Assembly: GCA_029975275.1 (NCBI GenBank)
Contig: JARKPN010000166.1
Span: 40,509-104,508 of the forward strand
Length of the DNA stretch: 64,000 nucleotides
Source of the DNA: Geobacteraceae bacterium
GTDB lineage: Bacteria; Desulfobacterota; Desulfuromonadia; Geobacterales; Geobacteraceae
Reading direction: 5' to 3'
The notes under the pieces are model-generated. The model was not told the DNA's origin. It saw only the letters and a list, made by a program, of their open reading frames with translations, and ran no database searches. Position numbers and translations under genes: made by a program. How positions within the stretch are numbered: position 1 is the first letter of the stretch; each line of letters opens with the position of its first letter. Positions 55,396 to 63,355 of the stretch are shown here, piece after piece.

Positions 55396-56235
55396 CTAAG
55401 CAGCGACCAGGGGAAGCTGCTTATCGGGGAGCGACACAACCGGTTGCAGGGACAGGGTGTCGAGGTAACCTCGAAGGATGTCGCGGGTACGGAGCACCTC
55501 GGCGGGATCCATGAGCTCGATGACCCACCAGTCGCAGAACGGCGCCAGCCCGAGAAGATCCAGCCGATTGTATATGTCCGACAGGCAACGTGGCGCCACA
55601 TGCCCGAAGCCTTCCAGTTCGGTATGGTAGACATGGGCATTTAATATCCTGTCCAGGTGGGGGAGGAGGTAGGCATCGAAAGTGTCGCCTAGCGGGTGGC
55701 TGCCGCTCACTGCATGGGCATGGCCGATGTCGATGGTGACGTGGGAGCCGCTCTCCGTCACGATCCTCTGAAATTGTTGCGGGTCGTTGGTGAGCGGGGT
55801 GGTGAGGTTTTCCAGCGCCACGGTCACGCCGTTGTGCCGACCGTGCTCTACCAGCACGGCCAGGTTGTCGATGGCGCGAGACGCATCGATCCCTTCGCCT
55901 GAGGGGTTGCCGAGCCCGGAGTGCACCGTCATGTGCCGTCCCCCGGCATTCGCCACCTGGTCCGCCGTACGCATCAGGAGCGCAAGTGAATCGTCTCCTC
56001 TCCGGTCTGTGTAGGCCGGATCCACACCGTGAAAGCGGCAATGATAGCGCACCTGGAAGCCGGTCAGGGATTTCATCACTGAGAGGAACTTTCTCTCGGG
56101 GAGAGAGGGATCTATGGACCAGTCGATAGCCGAGAAGCCGTTTGCTTCGGCAAACTCCGCCAGACTGTCCGCATCGTGGTCGAATATGTTGCACATGGCA
56201 AGTGCTGGTTTCATTTTGCTAATCGACAGACTCAA
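55396..56235 (-). CDS. Sugar phosphate isomerase/epimerase (xylose-isomerase-like TIM barrel)
   Basis: The AP_endonuc_2-like pattern is present (VALENLTTP, IDIGHAHAV, HVYHTE). The start may instead be the MKPALAM ATG at 56214. Confidence 0.65.
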   Translation of the reverse strand: MSLSISKMKPALAMCNIFDHDADSLAEFAEANGFSAIDWSIDPSLPERKFLSVMKSLTGFQVRYHCRFHGVDPAYTDRRGDDSLALLMRTADQVANAGGRHMTVHSGLGNPSGEGIDASRAIDNLAVLVEHGRHNGVTVALENLTTPLTNDPQQFQRIVTESGSHVTIDIGHAHAVSGSHPLGDTFDAYLLPHLDRILNAHVYHTELEGFGHVAPRCLSDIYNRLDLLGLAPFCDWWVIELMDPAEVLRTRDILRGYLDTLSLQPVVSLPDKQLPLVAA

Positions 56236-56674
56236 GTTTCAGGCCGAATACTCTTTCCGTATCGTCAACGAGAAAAGTGAGCAGGTACCCGTTCGATCTG
56301 AAGGTGAACGGCTGCTCGTGCTCGGCAAAACCGTATTGAAGTATAATCCGGTTGCCTTCTTCGTACGTCATGCCGGGCCTGACGCCGAACAGGCTGGTGG
56401 CGGGGTTGCGGGTGGTGATTTTCCGTACCTTCCCGTCGAACCCGTAACCGATCACGACATCGAGAGCATCGAAACTCCGCTCGTAACCTTTCAGGCAGGG
56501 CTCGTCAACCCCCTTGATCCCGTTGATCTCCCGGTAGTCCGTATCGGAATGAAGCTGGACGCCGAACACATTCACCTGGTCCTTCAGCGTGTCCCGCTCC
56601 AGGTGCCGTACAGCGCATCCGGTGACAAGCGCAACCGTGATGAAGACGACTATCACAGATTTAAAGAATCCCAT
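56219..56674 (-). CDS. Hypothetical lipoprotein
   Basis: A signal peptide plus lipobox (VALVTGC) is present. I recognised no family. Confidence 0.55.
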   Translation of the reverse strand: MGFFKSVIVVFITVALVTGCAVRHLERDTLKDQVNVFGVQLHSDTDYREINGIKGVDEPCLKGYERSFDALDVVIGYGFDGKVRKITTRNPATSLFGVRPGMTYEEGNRIILQYGFAEHEQPFTFRSNGYLLTFLVDDTERVFGLKLESVD

Positions 56675-56691
56675 TGCCGTACCTGAACAGG

Positions 56692-56720
56692 ACCGGGCCG
56701 CGTTTTGTCCGCGGCCCGGT
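56692..56720 (-). terminator. 11-bp GC-rich hairpin between the rhodanese and lipoprotein genes
   Basis: accgggccgcg-ttttgtc-cgcggcccggt. The trailing T-tract on the minus strand is weak. Confidence 0.4.
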
Positions 56721-56739
56721 GGAATGGCTGTCTACAGCG

Positions 56740-57249
56740 TTACTTGGTGAGCTGGTAACCCGCATCCTGCCATGCGATAATGCCGCCGGGATAACGGTAG
56801 ACGTTGCTGAATCCGTTTTCCACGAGAATTTTCGCGCCGATGTGGCTTCTTCTGCAGGCGACGAAACCGCAATAGAGAACGATGGTTTTCCCCTTGTCCG
56901 GCCCTGCCGCCTTCAACAGGGCGTTCTTGTCGACAGGGGTAAGCTCCTTTTCGGTCTTGGGCATGAACCCGTTCACCGCCGAGGCAATGATGCCCAGAGC
57001 CTTGTCTTCATCGGCAGGGAGCGTACTGATAATGGTCATTGCTTTTCCCGCATCGATCCACTTCTTGAGCTCTTCGGTGGTAACGAGCTGATAGCCGCCG
57101 TCCTTCACATCAGCCACCAGCTTGACGGCGGCAGTCTCGATGGGAACTTCCTTGCCCTGGGGCGACGTCCCGGGAGCAGCGAATGCGTTACCTGTGAACG
57201 CAAAGCACACAAGCAGAGAAGCAACCGTCAACAGTACACGTGATTTCAT
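56740..57249 (-). CDS. Periplasmic rhodanese-domain sulfurtransferase
   Basis: The signal peptide ends AFA. The active-site loop is LYCGFVACRRSH and the C-terminus reads GGIIAWQDAGY. Confidence 0.8.
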   Translation of the reverse strand: MKSRVLLTVASLLVCFAFTGNAFAAPGTSPQGKEVPIETAAVKLVADVKDGGYQLVTTEELKKWIDAGKAMTIISTLPADEDKALGIIASAVNGFMPKTEKELTPVDKNALLKAAGPDKGKTIVLYCGFVACRRSHIGAKILVENGFSNVYRYPGGIIAWQDAGYQLTK

Positions 57250-57289
57250 ATAACCTCCTGATTATTTAAGATCTGTGTTCAGCAAAGCT

Positions 57290-57580
57290 ATCTATTTATA
57301 AGGGTAATGTCAAATCGATAATTACTATTGGAATTTTGCTTTATATCGAGTATTTCTATAAGAAAAAAGCTTATAGTGACAAAACTGACCTGACACACAT
57401 GAGCCGGACGAGTAACTTGCTCGGCTTGTTCGCGCCGGCCCATGCAACAGTTCTCCAAGATAGCTCCGTATCTTGCCGTACAATACCTTGCGCCGATATT
57501 TCGGAGCCCACACGATATGGTACTTGCACTCCCATTTTGTGTGGCATAAACTTTCTGGGTCGTCAATGAAGCCTCCTTTC
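57290..57580 (-). mobile_element. IS200/IS605-family tnpA relic (frameshifted and truncated)
   Basis: One frame reads HTKWECKYHIVWAPKYRRKVLYGKIRSYLGELL, the Y1 transposase N-terminal signature. The AGGAGG-TTG start is in a different frame. The similarity degenerates after about 45 codons and the His-hydrophobic-His / Tyr regions are absent. The patch is low-GC. Confidence 0.7.
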
Positions 57581-57782
57581 TCTGAATTTTGAGCGGTTCA
57601 CGTATGTCCAAGGCTTGGAGTGAAATTATCGATATGACGGAATGGTGGTGAAAGGTTCAGCGGGTTTCTACGGCGTGGCTGCGGTAAGGCGCGGTCTTGC
57701 CGGTCCGGACCGCAAAGCAACCTGAGTCGGCCACGTGATTCTGAAAGGTATCGGCGGATTGCAGGGTGAGGGAAATCAATAG

Positions 57783-58676
57783 TTATGCAATGTTGTCCTG
57801 TTGTTCCGCCGTAACAGGCAGTTCCACCTGTGCATCCCTGCAGGCACGCGGAATGTGATTGATGATTTCAAGTATCTGGGTGGCCGGCGTCGGTCGGGCG
57901 TAGCAGCCTGCCAGTCTGTTGACGCGCATGGCTGTGACTGCCGCCCGTCGTATGTCAAACCCGGCCTCGATGAAGACCGACACAAGGCCGGTCAGGGTGT
58001 CGCCCGTACCGCCGATGGCCTCCAACGCCTCTTCAACCGGGCTATCGACCGTTTCCAGTACCCCGCTTTCATCTGCCAGGTAATCGGCCTTTCCCTTGAC
58101 CAGCAGATAACGTGCGGCGTTGCGGTGTTGGTAGGCCCGGGCGATGAGATCCGGGACGAGGTTGTCTTCATGAAGGATAAAACCCCGGGTGTAGAAGGGG
58201 TGGGGCGCCTCTTCGTCGGCCAGAAACGCCAGCTCGCCCACATCGGGGGTGAAGAGGTCGTAGGCGGACGCCTCACCGCTCATTTTCGCCATATACATGT
58301 ATCCCGCATCGGCGATGAGACGCGGCCGCGAGTCCATGTTCCGGAGGACCGACAGCAGCCGGGCATGCCGATGGACGATGGGCTGCAGGTAGTGAAAGGT
58401 AATGGTCCGGAAGGATACGCCGGCTAGTGTTTCGGTCAAGTGTGCATACAGGCGGTGGCTCCCCTTGCCGCTTCCCGTGTCTCCCACCAGGTACGCAAAC
58501 GGCGCCGGAAGGCCCAGTGCCTCGCAGGCTTTCACTGCGGCGGCGAGAAGGGCCGGGGTTCCCCGGTTGACATCGATGTTCAACTTGCCGATGCGCAGCC
58601 GTCCACCGTCGAGCGAAACGACCCCTCCAACAAGGGGAAAATCATCGGATGGAACGGTTCCCGCTACGCAGAGCAT
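57783..58676 (-). CDS. YjeF_C / ribokinase-superfamily protein (NAD(P)HX-dehydratase-like fold)
   Basis: FTPDVGELAFL, LLVKGKADYL and AIGGTGDTLTG are the pattern of YjeF C-terminal-type kinases/dehydratases. The start was chosen at MLCVAGT. It is the last gene of the operon. Confidence 0.55.
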   Translation of the reverse strand: MLCVAGTVPSDDFPLVGGVVSLDGGRLRIGKLNIDVNRGTPALLAAAVKACEALGLPAPFAYLVGDTGSGKGSHRLYAHLTETLAGVSFRTITFHYLQPIVHRHARLLSVLRNMDSRPRLIADAGYMYMAKMSGEASAYDLFTPDVGELAFLADEEAPHPFYTRGFILHEDNLVPDLIARAYQHRNAARYLLVKGKADYLADESGVLETVDSPVEEALEAIGGTGDTLTGLVSVFIEAGFDIRRAAVTAMRVNRLAGCYARPTPATQILEIINHIPRACRDAQVELPVTAEQQDNIA

Positions 58677-59224
58677 CGGCGTTTGACCTCCTCGTAGGCG
58701 AGCTGCAGCGCGTAGCCGCACAGGGTGTGCCCGATAGAGCGCGGACTCGGCGCGTCCGTGATGGTCCGTCCCACCATGGAAGCGGCCAGGTAGGGGACGT
58801 CCGGGCAGCCGCCGCCCGAGATATTGACGAAGACGCCCGTTTTTTTGTCAATGGTCAGTTTCATGTTCGCCGCGCGCACCATGAGGTGCTCGCCGAAGTC
58901 CTTGACATGAAAGATGTCCACCGGCTGGAGAAGAGGACCGATTACAGGCACTATCCTTAGCGGCGGCAGCTTTGCCGTTTCCAGAATTCTTAGGATGTCC
59001 AGCTGTTCGATGAGGGGAAACTCGATAACCAGATCACACCCCTGCCGCACTTCCGGGGGCGGGCCCATGACCCGGATTGTCCACCCTTCCTGCTTCAGAA
59101 CCGTTTCAGCCTGGATGACCTCGCCGGTATTTTCAAACAGAAGAATCCCCCGGTCACAGTTGGACTCCGGACCGGTGGATTCTTCCTTGTTTTTGTTACT
59201 TTTCAAAAAATCTAAGATAGCCAA
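58664..59224 (-). CDS. DUF3343-like (putative Se/S carrier) domain fused to an uncharacterised Cys-containing C-terminal domain
   Basis: The N-terminal half (GILLFENTGEVIQAETVLKQEGWTIRVMGPPPEVRQGCDLVIEF) fits DUF3343. The C-terminal half contains ISGGGCPDVPYLAASMVG. Confidence 0.55.
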   Translation of the reverse strand: MAILDFLKSNKNKEESTGPESNCDRGILLFENTGEVIQAETVLKQEGWTIRVMGPPPEVRQGCDLVIEFPLIEQLDILRILETAKLPPLRIVPVIGPLLQPVDIFHVKDFGEHLMVRAANMKLTIDKKTGVFVNISGGGCPDVPYLAASMVGRTITDAPSPRSIGHTLCGYALQLAYEEVKRRCSA

Positions 59225-59453
59225 GCTCTTTATCCTTACCCTTTTTTATCGTTATAGCGCAGCCGTCCGACTCGTCGCGGATTTCCGAGAGCGTCCAGCC
59301 CCGGTCCGTGGCCGCGCGGCAAACGTTTTCCTTGGCGGTATCGTTGTCCACAACGATGCAGATTTCATCCGATTGGCCCGATTTGATGGCATTCATCGTC
59401 ATGAGGACCGGTTGGGGGCACGAAAGCCCCCGTACATCAACTTTTACAACCAT
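59196..59453 (-). CDS. yedF: YedF/TusA-like sulfur/selenium carrier protein
   Basis: MVVKVDVRGLSCPQPVLMTMNAIKSG carries the CPxP motif. An AGGAGGA RBS lies upstream and the gene sits directly downstream of yedE. Confidence 0.8.
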   Translation of the reverse strand: MVVKVDVRGLSCPQPVLMTMNAIKSGQSDEICIVVDNDTAKENVCRAATDRGWTLSEIRDESDGCAITIKKGKDKELGYLRFFEK

Positions 59454-59464
59454 GGTTTCCTCCT

Positions 59465-60559
59465 TTATGCAATTCTTTTTCTCATGGTAAATCCAATGAA
59501 CAGGCACACCAGCATGCCGATAATGACCGCCTGGATCCCGTAAGGACCGATGCCCTTCGGCGTGCTTGCCAGACCAAAGTTATGGCTGAAGGCAGCCCCG
59601 AAAACCATGCCCAGTACGAAAATGGCGGCGTCGCCGTCTCCTTCGCCCGACAGGAACAACTGGCGGCCGGGACAGCCTCCGGCAAGGCAGAAAGCCAGGC
59701 CGGACAGCATCATGCCGGCGAAGTTCCACACCTGCATGGTGTGGGCGACGGGCTGTCCCTGGAATCCGGGATGGAACTGCCCGGCCAAGAAATTGAAAAC
59801 AAAGGCGGTTACGATAAGGGCGATGAATCCCGAAAGGAGGTGCATATGCCTGAACAGAACAAAGTCGCGGATGGCGCCCATGGTGCAGAAACGGCTCCTT
59901 TGGGCGAGAAATCCGATGAGAAGCCCCACAGCTAAGGATATAAGGAGCGGCGCATGCATGGAACCGGGACCCTTCAGGCTGAAGAAAAGCACCTCGTTTT
60001 TCGCCTGGCCGGAGATCGGCGGGTAGACGAGCATCAGAAACAGCAGTCCCGCCATGATTATGGGGAGCATGAGGCCTGCCGTAAAATGAGTCTGCTGGGT
60101 TCTGCCTAGAGAGTAGCCGCTTTTCAGGAAAAGGGTGCCGACCCAGATGCCGAAGCCGAGACCGAGCAGTCCGATGATGGCGGAACCGTCACCGCCAGCA
60201 AGACGCAGTGCCGCGCGCCAGGGGCATCCGAGAAACACCAGTGCACCGATCATGGCGAAAGCGCCCAGCACGAAACGCACCACCGGCGCGGAGCCGAGGC
60301 GGGGCCGGTATTCCTTGAACATCAAGGCGGCTATCAATGATCCGAGCACGAAACCGATGATTTCAGGACGGACATACTGCACTACGTCGGCGCGGTGAAG
60401 GCCGACGGCGCCGGTTATGTCACGCAGGAAGCAGGCGACGCACACTCCCATATTGCCCGGATTCCCCAGTTTCTGCAGCAGGGGCGCAAGTATACCGATT
60501 ACGATCCCGACGGCGATGATGCCCCAGCGTCCAGCGAAAAAGTTTTTCAAACCGACCAC
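59465..60559 (-). CDS. yedE: YedE/FdhT-family selenium/sulfur-compound transport membrane protein
   Basis: 364 aa and polytopic. The paired conserved Cys motifs are GNMGVCVACFLRD and CLAGGCPGRQ. Confidence 0.8.
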   Translation of the reverse strand: MVGLKNFFAGRWGIIAVGIVIGILAPLLQKLGNPGNMGVCVACFLRDITGAVGLHRADVVQYVRPEIIGFVLGSLIAALMFKEYRPRLGSAPVVRFVLGAFAMIGALVFLGCPWRAALRLAGGDGSAIIGLLGLGFGIWVGTLFLKSGYSLGRTQQTHFTAGLMLPIIMAGLLFLMLVYPPISGQAKNEVLFFSLKGPGSMHAPLLISLAVGLLIGFLAQRSRFCTMGAIRDFVLFRHMHLLSGFIALIVTAFVFNFLAGQFHPGFQGQPVAHTMQVWNFAGMMLSGLAFCLAGGCPGRQLFLSGEGDGDAAIFVLGMVFGAAFSHNFGLASTPKGIGPYGIQAVIIGMLVCLFIGFTMRKRIA

Positions 60560-60621
60560 GCATTCCTCCTTTTTTCATGACATTTAGTTTGGACTGCCTT
60601 TGTATGAGGGAATTCACTGAC

Positions 60622-61539
60622 TCAATAAAGTGTTAACGCCCCACGCGACGACATTGGCTGTTCCTGTGAGTGATCCGGTTGCAGGAGACCGACGGCATCC
60701 GACCGGCACCGTGTGCAGTGACTCATCTGGGGGACATGGCGGGAGGCGATGATTCGTATGCGGCGCAATTCGTCGGGCGACGGCGGTATCAATCCCGCAA
60801 AGGGGGTGTCCGCGACAGGCATCACCGGAAGGCAGTTCATCACGTCGACGCCCATCTCCGCCATCGTAGCGGCAATCGTCTCGACGTGGCCGTCGTTGAT
60901 GCCGGGCAGGATTACCGTGTTCACCTTCACCGCAATCCCTTTCGTCTTCAGTACCGTGAGTGCCTCCTGCTGGCGTGCCAACAGCAATTCGGCCGCATCT
61001 CGACCACGATAGATCATCCCGTCCACGCGGACCCAGGCATAGATTCTCTCTCCCACCGACGGATCCACCGCATTCACCGTAATCGTGACATGGGTTACCC
61101 CCGATGCGGCCAGTCCGTCGATGTGGCCGATCAGGTTCAGGCCGTTGGTGGACAGACAGATGAGGAAACCCGGCCAGGCGCGGCGGATCTCCCGGATTGT
61201 TTCCAATGTGCGCTCAGGGTCGCAGAGAGCGTCGCCGGGACCGGCAATGCCGATGACCGAGATGTCGGTCCCGGCTTTGAGCAGGGTGGAGAGATAGGGG
61301 ACTGTGTCACGTGGTTGAAGAATTCTACTGGTAACACCCGGCCTGCTTTCATTGGTACAGTTGTATCGGCGGTTGCAGTAATTGCACCTGATATTGCACT
61401 CCGGCGCAACCGGAAGATGGATACGCCCCCATCGCCCCTGTGCCGAATTGTTGAAGCAGGGATGGGACGAATCGGATCCGGGCGTGCTTTTCATTACCAG
61501 AGACACGTTACACCCGCTTTCTGCCGACTTTGATGGCAT
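60622..61539 (-). CDS. Stand-alone NifB-type radical SAM protein (no NifX-like domain)
   Basis: HLPVAPECNIRCNYCNRRYNCTNESRPGVTS is nearly identical to the NifB radical-SAM signature. The SAM-core motifs GIAGPGDAL, STNGL and VTITVNAVD, and a C-terminal Cys cluster (HCTRCRSDAVG), are also present. Confidence 0.75.
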   Translation of the reverse strand: MPSKSAESGCNVSLVMKSTPGSDSSHPCFNNSAQGRWGRIHLPVAPECNIRCNYCNRRYNCTNESRPGVTSRILQPRDTVPYLSTLLKAGTDISVIGIAGPGDALCDPERTLETIREIRRAWPGFLICLSTNGLNLIGHIDGLAASGVTHVTITVNAVDPSVGERIYAWVRVDGMIYRGRDAAELLLARQQEALTVLKTKGIAVKVNTVILPGINDGHVETIAATMAEMGVDVMNCLPVMPVADTPFAGLIPPSPDELRRIRIIASRHVPQMSHCTRCRSDAVGLLQPDHSQEQPMSSRGALTLY

Positions 61540-62272
61540 CGATCGGACAGGATCCGAGACAGTCGGCGCAATTGGTGCAGTTCACCTCATCAGGGCGAGT
61601 CCCCATCTCACAGACCTTCAGACAGTCATCGCAGTCGTTGCAGGCCCCGGTCTTGAACACCCTGAACAGTGAGAACCTCCTGAACAGCTCCAGCAGACCG
61701 CCGGTGGGACAGGCGAACCGGCACCACAGGTTGGCGACAAGGAAACCGGCGGCGACCAGCCCGAGGACGACGAAAGTCCTTACAAGCCAGAATGGAGTGG
61801 CATGCTCGAAGGAGAGCCTTACGGAATTCCAGAATTCACCTGCGCGAATGGGGACCATCCAGCGCGGGTTGCCGAGATAGAGCCAAAGGACGAGGGATGC
61901 GGCGAGACCCGCGAACAGCCCCCATGCCGCAAACCCGGTGAAGCGGTTCCTGATACGCAGCTTGAACAGGGACATTTTGCCGATCAACTGGTTGACGAGA
62001 CCACCGGGACACAGCCAGCCGCAGAATGCGCGGCCGAACAGGAGGACCGAAATCGGGAGAACCAGCCAGAACCCCCAGAACAGAGAAGTAACTCTTCCCC
62101 AGCAGGTGATGACGGGACAGGCCTTGCAGTCCACGAACGGAACCGGGAAGGGGCAGCGGAAAATGCCGTAAAAAGACCATTGGCCGAGCACTGCGAGCAT
62201 GCCGGTCTGCACCGCGCGACGCAGCCAGATCAGGGGTTTCACGGCCGCGGTTTTGAGTTCATTATCAGACAT
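61508..62272 (-). CDS. NapH/MauN/NosR-like membrane-bound 4Fe-4S polyferredoxin
   Basis: Several TM helices carry CGWLCPGG and RFACPTGG motifs. The C-terminus has a 2x[4Fe-4S] ferredoxin (CNDCDDCLKVCEMG, CTNCADCLGSCP). Confidence 0.75.
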   Translation of the reverse strand: MSDNELKTAAVKPLIWLRRAVQTGMLAVLGQWSFYGIFRCPFPVPFVDCKACPVITCWGRVTSLFWGFWLVLPISVLLFGRAFCGWLCPGGLVNQLIGKMSLFKLRIRNRFTGFAAWGLFAGLAASLVLWLYLGNPRWMVPIRAGEFWNSVRLSFEHATPFWLVRTFVVLGLVAAGFLVANLWCRFACPTGGLLELFRRFSLFRVFKTGACNDCDDCLKVCEMGTRPDEVNCTNCADCLGSCPIDAIKVGRKRV

Positions 62273-63131
62273 CCTTCACCCCCAGCTTTTCGATGAGCAT
62301 CCGGCCCTTGTCCGAGTCGGCCGGAATGAACCCCTGCCTTTCAAAGATCGCCTGTGCCTCCCGCGAGCAGATGAAGTCCACGTAGTGATCGGCCAGCGCT
62401 CGGTCTGTGGCGGCGTTCATTGTCCCGATGGTAAAGGTGAGAGGGCCGGGCGGGAAAAATTTCTCCGGAATGGGGATTACCTCTACCTTGCCTTCGTGTG
62501 CCGCCATGCGGGTGAGACGCTTCTCGACGATTGAGACATCGCCTTTTCCGCCGATGATCGCGGGCATCATCTTGACGACGCAGGTTTCCCTCTCGGTCAT
62601 GTTCGCTAGCACGGTCTTCTCAATCCCGGCCTTTTTGAGGATTCCCGTCACGGCGTCGCCGCCCGGTGGGGAAGCGCCCAGCGGAAGGATGACCCGAACC
62701 CCGTGCCGCGTCAGATCTTCCAGGGTCTTTATGCCGGCGGCGTTCCCTTTCGGGGTGACCATCACGTACTCGGTGAAGCAGAGAGGTCGGAAGTATGCCA
62801 TCTTGTCCTTCTCCCGAAGCGTCTTTGCCAACTTCAAGACCCGTCCCGCGAAAACCTCTGTTGTCGCTCCGCCGAGCAGTGACTTGCCAAGCGCCGCCGC
62901 GAACGCGCCGGTGTAAGCGATCCGGACCCCGGTTTTGCTTTCAAATTGGCTGTTCGCCAGGTTAAATGCCTCCGACAGCCCGCCGCATGACCAGACCTGA
63001 AGCGTATCGGCCTTGAACTGGCCCGCAGCCAGACGTTGTGGGGCCAGGGAGGCCGTGAGAGCCGCGGCCGCAGCTGTCTTGAGAAAGGCTCTTCTGTCCA
63101 TCGAACATTTTTTGTTTCCCATCAATTTCAC
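62265..63131 (-). CDS. Tat-signal periplasmic binding protein, ModA/WtpA-like (oxyanion-binding PBP fold)
   Basis: A twin-arginine motif (DRRAFLKTAAAAALTASLAP) is present. The PBP type-II pattern (LQVWSCGGLSEAFNLANSQFESKTGVRIAYTGAFAAALGKSL) resembles the molybdate/tungstate-binding protein N-terminus. Confidence 0.6.
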   Translation of the reverse strand: MKLMGNKKCSMDRRAFLKTAAAAALTASLAPQRLAAGQFKADTLQVWSCGGLSEAFNLANSQFESKTGVRIAYTGAFAAALGKSLLGGATTEVFAGRVLKLAKTLREKDKMAYFRPLCFTEYVMVTPKGNAAGIKTLEDLTRHGVRVILPLGASPPGGDAVTGILKKAGIEKTVLANMTERETCVVKMMPAIIGGKGDVSIVEKRLTRMAAHEGKVEVIPIPEKFFPPGPLTFTIGTMNAATDRALADHYVDFICSREAQAIFERQGFIPADSDKGRMLIEKLGVKDV

Positions 63132-63313
63132 CTTTCCAAATGCCTGGGATTATTTCCATGCGGCTGTAAAGAGTAATTTTCATGAGTATATACAGGGAAG
63201 ACCAACAACAGGTCAAATGGATAATATTGATGATATTTGTGAAACATATTAATTATTTCAATGCTGGTTTGGGAAGTGAAATCTGCCTGGCAGACGAATT
63301 GATATGATGAATT

Positions 63314-63342
63314 CAATCCGGGCGCATTGCACGCCCGGATTG
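63314..63342 (-). terminator. Hairpin terminator after the FDH-like gene
   Basis: caatccgggcg-cattgca-cgcccggattg forms an 11-bp stem 14 nt past the stop at 63356. An A/T-rich tract follows on the minus strand. Confidence 0.6.
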
Positions 63343-63355
63343 TCTGTAAATAGGG

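Noticed and set aside
55421-56194. 257-aa alternative-frame ORF on the same strand as the TIM-barrel gene
   Set aside because: Its Arg/Pro/Gly-rich sequence has no motifs. The 279-aa frame carries the conserved ENL/His-rich TIM-barrel pattern.
57288-57611. 107-aa ORF as a real protein
   Set aside because: It is a mixed-frame read across the IS200 tnpA relic. The conserved transposase peptide lies in a different frame.
63132-63313. Moco riboswitch or ModE box upstream of the ModA-like operon, including the palindrome tctgcctggcaga at about 63285-63297
   Set aside because: I could not recognise the Moco RNA motif core, and only a single TATATA half-site is present. The 13-bp palindrome is noted, but it is too short or ambiguous to call as an operator.
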